Source: Eubacteriales bacterium (GTDB lineage Bacteria; Bacillota; Clostridia; Oscillospirales; CAG-272). From it: a DNA stretch of 64,000 nucleotides. Position numbers and translations under genes: made by a program. The notes under the pieces were generated by a model, which saw only the letters and a list, made by a program, of their open reading frames with translations, searched no databases and had not been told where the DNA came from. Where the stretch lies: positions 25,972 through 89,971 of the forward strand of contig JAZOMG010000006.1 of the NCBI GenBank assembly GCA_045653705.1. The letters run 5' to 3'. This document shows, piece after piece, positions 1 to 8,239 of the stretch. Within the stretch, counting starts at the first letter, position 1; each line of letters begins with the position of its first letter.

Positions 1-399
1 AAGGAAGAGGTTGTGGGTGTATTCGGCGCACTGTCTTCTTCTAACGCTTACGAGTACTTTTCGGGAGTGTTTGAGGGAAGCGGTCTTGCTGCATTCTCTT
101 TTATGATGTTTAATCTGCTGTGCGCGCCCTGCTTTGCGGCTATGGGAGCTATACGTCGGGAAATGAATAACTGGAAATGGACCTTAGGCGCCATAGGATA
201 TATGTGCGGCTTTGCATACGTTATATCTCTTATCATATATCAGATAGGCGCGTGGTTCAGCCCTGTATACAGCCCTGTTCTGAACGCGGGCACAAGCTAC
301 ATTGATAACGTTATCGGTACGGCTTTTGCTGTCATTTGTATTGGCGTAATGGGATATATGATCTTCCGAAAGAAAAAAACGACCGGTAAGGTTAATTAA
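1..399 (+). CDS. feoB: Ferrous iron transporter FeoB, C-terminal fragment (5' end lies outside the window)
   Basis: Frame 1 is open from base 1 to TAA at 397-399. The translation (..FNLLCAPCFAAMGAIRREMNNWKWTLGAIGYMCGFAY..) resembles the conserved C-terminal membrane region of FeoB. It is followed by the small Cys-rich FeoB-associated ORF. Confidence 0.8.
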   Translation, partial: KEEVVGVFGALSSSNAYEYFSGVFEGSGLAAFSFMMFNLLCAPCFAAMGAIRREMNNWKWTLGAIGYMCGFAYVISLIIYQIGAWFSPVYSPVLNAGTSYIDNVIGTAFAVICIGVMGYMIFRKKKTTGKVN

Positions 400-421
400 A
401 AATTGAATTTCAGGGGGAATA

Positions 422-583
422 ATGGAACTTACTGTTATAATTACCGTTGCGATAGCGGCTGTTTTTGTTGCCGTTATTGTCAATGAAATAAAAAAGAAAA
501 AACAAGGCAAGGGCTCTTGCTCCTGCGGCGGTTCCTGCGGAGCTTGCGGTATGAATTGCTCTTGTGATCAAACAAAAAAATAA
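422..583 (+). CDS. FeoB-associated Cys-rich small membrane protein (53 aa), absent from the supplied ORF track
   Basis: ATG at 422, TAA at 581-583. Translation is MELTVIITVAIAAVFVAVIVNEIKKKKQGKGSCSCGGSCGACGMNCSCDQTKK: one TM helix, a Lys-rich linker and a Cys/Gly-rich tail. It starts 22 nt after the feoB stop, with GGGGGA upstream. Confidence 0.7.
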   Translation: MELTVIITVAIAAVFVAVIVNEIKKKKQGKGSCSCGGSCGACGMNCSCDQTKK

Positions 584-650
584 ATGCTAAAGGGGTGTGA
601 ATTTTTCGCATCCCTTGTAGCGCATTACAGAGTGTGGGGAGCGTAAGAAT

Positions 651-3125
651 TTGAAAAAATATGATATAACGGGAATGAGCTGTGCCGCCTGTAGCGCGCG
701 GGTGCAAAAGGCTGTGGAGAAGCTTGAAGGCGTAGACGCTTGCGCTGTAAATCTATTGACGAACTCAATGACCGTAGAGGGCAGTATATCTGACAGCGAC
801 ATTATAGCGGCAGTTGAGCGAGCGGGCTATGGAGCAATTCCCGTAGATAGCAAAAAACTCCGTGAAGATAAAAAAAGTAATGCGACCGATAAAGATAGCG
901 AAGATAAAAAGCTTATATATAGGCTTGTATTTTCGGCGCTGTTTTTAACAGCCCTGATGTATATATCAATGGGGCATATTATGTGGGGCGCGCCTCTGCC
1001 TGCCTTTTTAGCAGATAACCCTGTGGGTCTTGGGCTTGTAGAGCTTATTTTATCCGCCATAATAATGGTGATAAATCAAAGCTTTTTTATAAAGGGTTTT
1101 CGGGGGCTTATATATCTATCTACTAATATGGATACCCTTGTATCAATAGGTTCGCTGTCCGCATTTGCATATAGCGTTGTAAGCCTCTACACTATGACAG
1201 CCGAGCGTGATGCGCATTTACTGCACCAGAGCCTGCACGGACTGTACTTTGAGTCCGCCGCTATGGTTCTTACCCTTATAACCCTTGGAAAGCTTCTCGA
1301 GGCTAAGGCAAAAGGTAAGACAACCAACGCAATAAGGGAGCTTATGGATTTAGCTCCCAAAACGGCAGTTGTCGTAAGAAACGGAGAAGAAATTAAAATA
1401 TCCGTGGATGAGGTAAGGATAGGAGATATCTTTATTGTAAGACCGGGCGACAGTATTCCCGTTGACGGCACGGTTATTGATGGCGCAAGCTCGGTGGATG
1501 AGTCGGCGCTGACAGGGGAGAGTATACCTGTTGATAAAAAAATAGGCGATGCTGTTTCCGCCGCTACAATAAACACATCTGGTTTTTTACGCTGTGAGGC
1601 AAAACGGGTCGGTGAGGATACAACCTTGTCTCAAATCATAAAAACGGTTAATGAAGCATCGGCTACAAAAGCGCCTATTGCAAAGATCGCGGATAAAGTG
1701 TCGGGCATATTTGTGCCTGTGGTTATTGCCATAGCTGCGGTAACCTTAGCCGTCTGGCTTGTAGTTAGCAAGGATTTTGGCTTCTCATTGGCAAGAGCTA
1801 TATCGGTTTTAGTCATTAGCTGCCCTTGCGCTCTCGGGCTTGCAACGCCTGTGGCTATAATGGTAGGAAGCGGCGTAGGAGCAAAGCGGGGAGTGCTTTT
1901 TAAAAATGCTACGGCTCTTGAAACACTCGGACGAGCGAAAATAGTGGCTCTAGACAAAACAGGTACTGTGACCCAAGGACAGCCCTGCGTCACCGATATT
2001 ATATGCAATGATAATACAGATGCCGATGAGCTTTTACGTATAGCCTCGGCTGTTGAGCAAAACAGTGAGCATCCTCTGGCAAAAGCTGTGATGAGCTATG
2101 CAAAGGAAAGAGGTACTGAAATACCCAATGTGAGGGGCTTTGAGAATATGTCGGGTAGCGGTGTAAAGGCATATTTTGATGATAAAAAGATATACGGCGG
2201 TAATTACGCATTTATTAGGGAATTTTCAGAAATACCCCAAAAGTATGAGGATATATCCTCGGAGCTTGCGAATAAAGGAAAAACTCCTTTATTCTTTGCT
2301 GTTGAAAATACGTTTATGGGAATCATAGCCGTATCAGATAAAATACGCGAGGACAGCAGAGAATCGGTTGACGAATTGAAGCGTATGGGTGTTCGGGTCG
2401 TTATGCTGACAGGTGATAATCAAGCTACTGCGGCGGCAATAGGTAAGGATGCGTGCATTGATGAGATAATAGCGGGTATAAAACCTCAGCAAAAGGAAGA
2501 ACAAATAAGAACGTTGCAGACGAACGGAATAGTGTGTATGGTGGGTGACGGAATAAATGACGCTCCCGCCCTGACACGTGCCGACGTAGGTGTCGCTATC
2601 GGAAGTGGCACTGACGTTGCTATTGAATCTGCCGACGTTGTGGTTGTAAAAAGCAAGCTGTCCGACGTTGTTTCGGCTATTAAGCTAAGCCGTGGGGTGA
2701 GGAGAAATATATGCGAAAACTTGTTTTGGGCTTTCGGATATAACCTTATCGGAATTCCATTGGCGGCGGGTGTTTTTATACCGCTTTTAGGCTGGGAGCT
2801 TCAGCCTATATTCGGTGCGGCGGCTATGAGTATTTCAAGCTTTTTGGTCGTTTCGAATGCGCTGAGATTAAATTTTATAAAGCTTACAAAGAAAAATAAA
2901 GGGGAACAAAAAACAATGGTAAAGACTTTGAATATTACAGGGATGATGTGTACGCATTGCGAGGCAAGAGTGAAAAAGCTTCTTGAGGGTATCGACGGCG
3001 TTGTATCCGCTGACGTAAGTCACGAAAAGGGAACTGCCACAGTTACTCTTTCAAAGGATATTTCCAAAGATACGTTCGTTAAGTTGATCGAAGCTGACGG
3101 GTATAAGGTCACGTCCATAATATAA
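651..3125 (+). CDS. copA: Copper-translocating P1B-type ATPase with an N-terminal and an extra C-terminal heavy-metal-binding (HMA) domain
   Basis: 824 aa with a TTG start. Motifs seen: N-terminal [16 protein letters not shown] ([11 protein letters not shown]), [21 protein letters not shown] and MSISS, plus a C-terminal HMA ([11 protein letters not shown]). Confidence 0.9.
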   Translation: MKKYDITGMSCAACSARVQKAVEKLEGVDACAVNLLTNSMTVEGSISDSDIIAAVERAGYGAIPVDSKKLREDKKSNATDKDSEDKKLIYRLVFSALFLTALMYISMGHIMWGAPLPAFLADNPVGLGLVELILSAIIMVINQSFFIKGFRGLIYLSTNMDTLVSIGSLSAFAYSVVSLYTMTAERDAHLLHQSLHGLYFESAAMVLTLITLGKLLEAKAKGKTTNAIRELMDLAPKTAVVVRNGEEIKISVDEVRIGDIFIVRPGDSIPVDGTVIDGASSVDESALTGESIPVDKKIGDAVSAATINTSGFLRCEAKRVGEDTTLSQIIKTVNEASATKAPIAKIADKVSGIFVPVVIAIAAVTLAVWLVVSKDFGFSLARAISVLVISCPCALGLATPVAIMVGSGVGAKRGVLFKNATALETLGRAKIVALDKTGTVTQGQPCVTDIICNDNTDADELLRIASAVEQNSEHPLAKAVMSYAKERGTEIPNVRGFENMSGSGVKAYFDDKKIYGGNYAFIREFSEIPQKYEDISSELANKGKTPLFFAVENTFMGIIAVSDKIREDSRESVDELKRMGVRVVMLTGDNQATAAAIGKDACIDEIIAGIKPQQKEEQIRTLQTNGIVCMVGDGINDAPALTRADVGVAIGSGTDVAIESADVVVVKSKLSDVVSAIKLSRGVRRNICENLFWAFGYNLIGIPLAAGVFIPLLGWELQPIFGAAAMSISSFLVVSNALRLNFIKLTKKNKGEQKTMVKTLNITGMMCTHCEARVKKLLEGIDGVVSADVSHEKGTATVTLSKDISKDTFVKLIEADGYKVTSII

Positions 3126-3133
3126 AAAACAAT

Positions 3134-3210
3134 AGGGCTGTCTCATTTAGCGCAGAAAAAATCCATGAAATCACGACTTCTGCATCTAAATGAAACAGCC
3201 CCTTGTTTTT
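3134..3210. terminator. Long imperfect hairpin acting as a bidirectional terminator between convergent copA and sigG
   Basis: Arms at about 3135-3157 and 3178-3200 (ggctgtctcatttag.. / ..ctaaatgaaacagcc). There is a T-run downstream on the + strand (3204-3210) and a T-run on the - strand after the hairpin. Confidence 0.6.
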
Positions 3211-3982
3211 ATACTTGCTTTTTCATATGCTCAAGAGCGCCCTTTTCAAGTCTTGATACCTGAGCTTGGGAAATTCCTATTTCGTCGGCTATTTCCATTT
3301 GCGTTTTGTTTTTGTAATATCGCATACTGATAATAGTTCGTTCTCTTTCGGTAAGCTTTTGCATAGCTTCCTTTATGGCAATGTTCTCAAGCCACAGCTC
3401 CTCTGAGCTGTTAGTGTCGCTTATCTGGTCCATAACGTATATTGAGTCTCCGTTGTCGCTGTATATAGGTTCATAAAGAGATATGGGTTCTATAATGGCT
3501 TCCATAGCGTGCACCACGGCTTCCTTTTTTTCACCGATTCTCTTGGCAATTTCCTCAACGTCAGGCTCGCCTTCCTTTTCGCGAATAAGCTCCTCTCTGG
3601 CTTGAAGTGCCCTGTATGCAAGGTCGCGTACAGAACGGCTTATCCGTATTGAATTGTTATCCCTCAGATATCGGCGGATCTCTCCTATTATCATCGGCAC
3701 AGCATAAGTGGAAAATTTAACGTCAAGGTCTGTATTAAAATTGTCTACCGCCTTTACAAGACCGATACAGCCAACTTGAAAAAGATCATCGATATTTTCC
3801 TTTCTGTTTGTAAAGCGTTGGATGATACTCAAAACCAAGCGTATATTACCGCAGATAAGCTCCTGTCTTGCCTCTTCATCTCCCGCCTTAACCTTTAATA
3901 AAAGCGTCTTTTTCTCTTCATCTGTCAGGACCTTAAGCTTTGATGTGTTAACACCGCATATTTCAACCTTGTTATAATACAT
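3209..3982 (-). CDS. sigG: Sporulation sigma factor sigma-G (forespore late)
   Basis: 257 aa. The N-terminus NKVEICGVNTSKLKVL, DDLFQVGCIGL, FSTYAVPMIIGEIRRYLRDNNSIRISRS and GISQAQVSRLEK are near-identical in pattern to B. subtilis SigG rather than SigF. Confidence 0.9.
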   Translation of the reverse strand: MYYNKVEICGVNTSKLKVLTDEEKKTLLLKVKAGDEEARQELICGNIRLVLSIIQRFTNRKENIDDLFQVGCIGLVKAVDNFNTDLDVKFSTYAVPMIIGEIRRYLRDNNSIRISRSVRDLAYRALQAREELIREKEGEPDVEEIAKRIGEKKEAVVHAMEAIIEPISLYEPIYSDNGDSIYVMDQISDTNSSEELWLENIAIKEAMQKLTERERTIISMRYYKNKTQMEIADEIGISQAQVSRLEKGALEHMKKQV

Positions 3983-3987
3983 AAAAA

Positions 3988-4021
3988 TACTCCCGACATA
4001 AATTACCTTATGTCAGGAGTA
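3988..4021 (-). terminator. Terminator hairpin of the crp-ABC operon; its 3' arm contains the sigG Shine-Dalgarno
   Basis: On the minus-strand RNA: UACUCCUGACAUAA-GGUAAU-UUAUGUCGGGAGUA followed by UUUUU, then the sigG AUG. The single arm difference is a G.U pair on the minus strand but a C.A mismatch on the plus strand. Confidence 0.55.
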
Positions 4022-4041
4022 TTGACAGATACAGCCGAGAG

Positions 4042-4656
4042 TTATTCAGTTTTATAATTTCCACTTTCTGCCGATTGAAAATGCGACACGGGAGCTCCGC
4101 ACATTTTCAGCACGGTATCGCAGTAGACGAGGTCATCATGATCGTGGGTTACAAGTATAACAGTTTTATCCTTGAGATATTCAAATACAAAACGCCGCAC
4201 GTCATCTTTAAGCTCGGCATCCAAGCCCTTAAAAGGCTCGTCCATAAGGATTATATCTCCATCATATGACAATGCTCTGGCGATAGCTATTCGTTGCTTC
4301 ATTCCTCCCGATAGCTCCGAGGGGTATTTTTCTTTAGCATCAATATCCTTTATGAGAGTGTCGATAAGTGATGATGCCTTTTCAGCACTACCGCATACGA
4401 GCTTTACGTTTTCGACAGCGGTAAGCCAAGGAAACAGGCGTGGCTCTTGAAATATGTAAGAGAGTTTTTCGTTTTCTAATGTAACGTTTCCTCGCGTTGG
4501 CTTTTTTAGTCCCGAAATGATATTTAAAAGGGTGGTTTTTCCTATACCGGATGAACCTGTAATGGCGTAATTTTTACCATTTTCAAAGGTATATGAAAGC
4601 CCGTCTATTATTACGTCCTCATTATAGGTTGCCAGCAGATCTTCAATTTTCAGCAT
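4042..4656 (-). CDS. ABC transporter ATP-binding protein (nitrate/sulfonate/taurine NitT/TauT-type)
   Basis: Walker A GSSGIGKTT, signature LSGGMKQR, Walker B ILMDEP. I prefer the ATG at 4656 (MLKIEDL, AAGGAG 6 nt upstream) to the track start at 4674. Confidence 0.85.
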   Translation of the reverse strand: MLKIEDLLATYNEDVIIDGLSYTFENGKNYAITGSSGIGKTTLLNIISGLKKPTRGNVTLENEKLSYIFQEPRLFPWLTAVENVKLVCGSAEKASSLIDTLIKDIDAKEKYPSELSGGMKQRIAIARALSYDGDIILMDEPFKGLDAELKDDVRRFVFEYLKDKTVILVTHDHDDLVYCDTVLKMCGAPVSHFQSAESGNYKTE

Positions 4657-5437
4657 AGATGTCTCCTTTCGCAACTAACCGCAATGAGCGACCGAGCCTG
4701 TTGAGCATCAAAACTATACTTTTTTCAATTACAACGCTAAGTATTATCACAATTATTGTCCAAGCGAATACGGGAGCTGTCTCAAAGTTGGTTTTTGCGT
4801 AATATATCTCCCGTCCGATAGAGCTTCGCGTAAGTACTATCATTTCAGCGGCGACGCTTGCTTTCCAAGCCATACCGAGGGATGACTTGCATGCGGCTAA
4901 AAAGTAAGGCGCAACGGTGGGAATATAGAGCCTGTATAGCTTTTTTATCGGTGAAAGCCTGTACACGCGAGCTACGTCCAAAAGCTCCTTATCGATAGCT
5001 GAGATACCCTGTAAAACATTTGATGTTATAATGGGAATTACTATGAGGGATGCGATAAATATCGGTAGATATCCCGTGTCGATCCATACCCACGCTATTA
5101 CGATAAAGGATGCAACAGGGGTGGCTTTGATGATTGAGAGCAGGGGAGAGACGACAGTGTTCAAAAGCTTTGATTTAGAAATCAAATACGCCGTTATACA
5201 TCCAATTACCACCGATGCGGTCACCCCTAATATTACCCTTAGAAAGGACATTACAGCGGGTATCCAAAATTCAGATGTTGTAATTATTTCCCATAACGAT
5301 CTCAGTACTGCCCAAGGGGTGGGAACGATCAGCTTTTCATTCACAGCTATTGCAGCAATCGACCATATCGCTACCCAAAATGCAATAGCCGCGGTGTTTT
5401 TGCCCATATTTATAGCAATTTTTTTTACCGAGGTCAT
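4643..5437 (-). CDS. ABC transporter permease (NitT/TauT family)
   Basis: 264 aa polytopic membrane protein with a binding-protein-dependent transport fold. Its ends overlap both neighbouring genes (ATGA overlap with the binding-protein gene). Confidence 0.85.
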   Translation of the reverse strand: MTSVKKIAINMGKNTAAIAFWVAIWSIAAIAVNEKLIVPTPWAVLRSLWEIITTSEFWIPAVMSFLRVILGVTASVVIGCITAYLISKSKLLNTVVSPLLSIIKATPVASFIVIAWVWIDTGYLPIFIASLIVIPIITSNVLQGISAIDKELLDVARVYRLSPIKKLYRLYIPTVAPYFLAACKSSLGMAWKASVAAEMIVLTRSSIGREIYYAKTNFETAPVFAWTIIVIILSVVIEKSIVLMLNRLGRSLRLVAKGDIYAEN

Positions 5438-6417
5438 TTTGTTATATAGTAAAATCCGTCATCGGGAATTGCGGCTATAGATGAGGGGTCAAGGGCAAAA
5501 AGCTTTTCGTAAAATACACCTATGGATGCTTTCATTTCGCTTCCTGTGATACAGCAGATGTTGCACTTTGGCAGAGCTTTTTTTGCAATAGCGGCTTTGG
5601 GCAGTATTTTTGCATTCACTATCATATTCACAGCCTCATCGGACCCTGCCGATATAAATTCAACCGATGCTTTGTAATCATCAAGGAATTTCTTTATCTC
5701 GTTGGGATGCTCCTCGGCGAAAGCCTTATTTACTACAAGACAGCCCTGCACGAGAGTGTTTTCTCCGTAAAGCTTTTCCCATTCAGCCGTAAGGTCTATG
5801 GCGACGCTAACGCCCTCCTTTTGTCCTGTTACAACGCTGACCTTAGGCTCGGGGAGAACAGCGATCTCCGCTTGACCTGCAATGATAGCGCCTTGAAGAG
5901 CATCGGGACTGGCATATGAATCGGTATCTATCGTAACGTTAGCAACTCCCGCGCCTTTTATAAGAGCGGCGGTAATATATTCGGGGTTTGAGCCGCTACC
6001 GGGCACGTATACGGTTTTGCCCTCAAGGTCGGAAAGTGTTTTTACGGTTCCTGTGGTATCAAGAACGTAGAGGACACCGAGGGTATTTAGAGCAAGTAGC
6101 TGTATCTTACCCTCGCTTTTTTTGTAAAGCTTTGCCGCAACGTTTGTGGGAAGAGCGGCAATCGCGCACTCGCCTGTAAGTACAGCGCTTGTTACCTTAT
6201 CGGCGGCATCGTAAAGCTGAATATCATAGTTCATATCGTCCGAGTCTGTGCCTGCATTATCGATCATTTGCGCCATACCGAGAGCGGTAGTTCCGTTAAG
6301 AGCGTAAACGGTTATTTCAAGCTCGTTATCTACCTTGTTGCAGGACACAAGAGAAAAGGGAATAAGCATAACTAATGCTAAGAGTAAGGTTGTTAATTTT
6401 AAGGTGATTTTTTTCAT
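5434..6417 (-). CDS. ABC transporter substrate-binding lipoprotein (NMT1/THI5-like)
   Basis: 327 aa. Signal peptide with lipobox (..FSLVSC), periplasmic-binding-protein-like sequence, first transporter gene after the regulator. Confidence 0.8.
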   Translation of the reverse strand: MKKITLKLTTLLLALVMLIPFSLVSCNKVDNELEITVYALNGTTALGMAQMIDNAGTDSDDMNYDIQLYDAADKVTSAVLTGECAIAALPTNVAAKLYKKSEGKIQLLALNTLGVLYVLDTTGTVKTLSDLEGKTVYVPGSGSNPEYITAALIKGAGVANVTIDTDSYASPDALQGAIIAGQAEIAVLPEPKVSVVTGQKEGVSVAIDLTAEWEKLYGENTLVQGCLVVNKAFAEEHPNEIKKFLDDYKASVEFISAGSDEAVNMIVNAKILPKAAIAKKALPKCNICCITGSEMKASIGVFYEKLFALDPSSIAAIPDDGFYYITK

Positions 6418-6435
6418 TTTTTTAATTCCTTTCGT

Positions 6436-7098
6436 TTATATGTTTTTTAAATTTTGATTATCAAGTATAATGATTTTTTTACCTTGCTTTTCAATGAGCC
6501 GATTGTCAACAAGATTATCCATAGCTCGGTACAGTGAGGCTCTTCCCATTTGCAGAATACATGCAAGCTCGGAGAGCGACGACGGCGGAGAAAATACATT
6601 ATCCGTTGCGTTTTCCAAAATGTACGAAGCAAGCTTCTTTTCCGCGCTACCCGCTGTAAGCGTTGCAAGCTTTCGGTTAAGATACACTATTTTTTTTGAC
6701 AGAAGCGACAGATAGTTCTTCATAGCGGTACTGTCATTTTCTATAAACGCCTTGAATGCTTCGCCACTTATAAACAGAATTTTCGCATCTGTGGCGGTTA
6801 TTATGTAGCTTGGAAATGGCTCGTCCTCGTCATAAAGGTTTGCAATACCGAACATATCTCCCGCGTTTAAGGTACGGATAAGAGCGCTTTCTTCGCTGTC
6901 TCCCATATATACCTTTGCCGTACCGCTAATGACAAAAGCTACCTGCATATATTCATTACGGGAAGAATAGGCAATGGTGTTTGGTGAATATTCCTTTACG
7001 CTTGCGGTATTACTGTTGATATATTGGTTTGTATGGGCTTTAGCAACGTTCTTGAAAAGAGGATGATTTTCCAAATCGGGTATAAGGGAATATATCAT
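6436..7098 (-). CDS. Crp/Fnr family transcriptional regulator
   Basis: 220 aa. N-terminal cNMP-binding-like beta-roll and a C-terminal HTH (LSELACILQMGRASLYRAMDNL). No N-terminal Cys cluster. GAGGTGGA Shine-Dalgarno upstream. Confidence 0.85.
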   Translation of the reverse strand: MIYSLIPDLENHPLFKNVAKAHTNQYINSNTASVKEYSPNTIAYSSRNEYMQVAFVISGTAKVYMGDSEESALIRTLNAGDMFGIANLYDEDEPFPSYIITATDAKILFISGEAFKAFIENDSTAMKNYLSLLSKKIVYLNRKLATLTAGSAEKKLASYILENATDNVFSPPSSLSELACILQMGRASLYRAMDNLVDNRLIEKQGKKIIILDNQNLKNI

Positions 7099-7110
7099 GA
7101 TCCACCTCGC

Positions 7111-7142
7111 AATCTAAATGTCTCATATGAGACATTTAGATT
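7111..7142. promoter_or_regulatory. Perfect 32-bp palindrome with CRP-type 5-6-5 geometry; probable operator of the adjacent Crp/Fnr regulator
   Basis: AATCTAAATGTCTCAT|ATGAGACATTTAGATT. The core AAATGTCTCATATGAGACATTT is TGTCT-N6-AGACA, the same spacing and flanks as the ideal CRP site AAATGTGATCTAGATCACATTT. Confidence 0.6.
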
Positions 7143-7168
7143 GTAACACATTTTAAATAAAAAGTCAA
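7140..7168 (-). promoter_or_regulatory. Candidate sigma-A promoter of the crp-ABC operon
   Basis: On the minus strand: TTGACT (7168-7163), 17 nt spacer, TACAAT (7145-7140). The -10 box overlaps the palindrome by 3 nt. Confidence 0.5.
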
Positions 7169-7290
7169 TATTTTGTCGGCAAAAAATGTAAACAAAATGT
7201 TAAATAAAGATAAATGTATTTAAATAAAAAGAGGTTTATGGTATAATGTAGGCTGTAATTATTACTTAACAAAGATTAAAGGGGTACAAT

Positions 7291-8196
7291 ATGACACTTG
7301 TTATTTTGGCGGCGGGAATGGGCTCGCGATACGGTGGACTTAAGCAGATCGATCCCATTACTAAAAACGGCGAATTTATTATTGATTTTTCTGTTTTCGA
7401 TGCCATACGCGCAGGCTTTGATAAGATAGTTTTTGTTATTAAGGAAGAAAATCTTAACGAGTTTAAATCAACTATCGGAAAGCGCTTTGAAAATAAAATA
7501 AAGGTTGAATACGCTTTCCAGAAGCTTGATGATATTCCCGAGGGATATGAGATACCCGAGGGCAGGGTCAAGCCTTGGGGTACAGCTCACGCACTCCTTG
7601 CGGCAAGAGACATTGTAAAGGATAACTTTGCGGTTATAAATGCCGACGATTTCTACGGAAAAAGCGCATACTCCCTTATAGCCAAGCACTTTGACGGTGT
7701 CAGCATGTCTGATAGATCTGAGTACTGTATGGTTGGATATATTCTGGAAAATACACTTACGGAAAACGGAACTGTTTCAAGAGGAATATGCAACGTAGGG
7801 GACGACGGATATCTTGTTGACGTTGTGGAGCGTACAAGTATACGCAGAGGCGACGGTACTGCTCTTTACGAGGAGAACGGAGTGGATACGGAGCTTCCTC
7901 TCGATTCAATAGCTTCTATGAACTGCTGGGGCTTTACTCCCGATATTTTCGACGGCGTGATGGATGGCTTCAAGAAATTTCTTGATGGCGTTAACACAAC
8001 GCCCAATCCTCAGAAGGCTGAGTATTATCTTCCTTTCGCAGTGCGCGAGCTGATGGATGCCGACAAGTGCGCCGTTAAGGTATATGCGTCGGAGGGAGCT
8101 TGGTACGGCGTTACTTATCATGAAGATAAGGAAAAGGTAATGGCAAGCATACAGTCCCTTAAGGACAGCGGGGAATATCCCGAAAGTCTTAACTAA
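7291..8196 (+). CDS. Sugar-1-phosphate nucleotidyltransferase family protein
   Basis: 301 aa. N-terminal LILAAGMGSRYGGLKQ is a nucleotidyltransferase glycine-rich loop. Located upstream of galE-galM. A TGgTATAAT extended -10 lies at 7239-7247. Confidence 0.7.
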   Translation: MTLVILAAGMGSRYGGLKQIDPITKNGEFIIDFSVFDAIRAGFDKIVFVIKEENLNEFKSTIGKRFENKIKVEYAFQKLDDIPEGYEIPEGRVKPWGTAHALLAARDIVKDNFAVINADDFYGKSAYSLIAKHFDGVSMSDRSEYCMVGYILENTLTENGTVSRGICNVGDDGYLVDVVERTSIRRGDGTALYEENGVDTELPLDSIASMNCWGFTPDIFDGVMDGFKKFLDGVNTTPNPQKAEYYLPFAVRELMDADKCAVKVYASEGAWYGVTYHEDKEKVMASIQSLKDSGEYPESLN

Positions 8197-8239
8197 TATT
8201 ATAAATTATTATAAATATTTATTGCATAGGAGAATTTTA

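Noticed and set aside
616-629. TGTAGCGCATTACA upstream of copA as a possible CopY 'cop box'
   Set aside because: The cop box is TACAnnTGTA. Here the half-sites are in the opposite order with a 6-nt spacer, and no copY or csoR gene is nearby. This is not enough evidence for an operator.
8222-8239. N-terminal extensions given by the ORF track (8222 galE, 9217 galM, 11639 pgi, 21487 M50 protease, 27937 ruvC, 28376 methyltransferase, 40174 rpsB, 4674 ABC ATPase)
   Set aside because: In each case an internal ATG is preceded by a well-spaced Shine-Dalgarno and starts at the conserved N-terminus of the family. The extensions overlap upstream genes or promoters.
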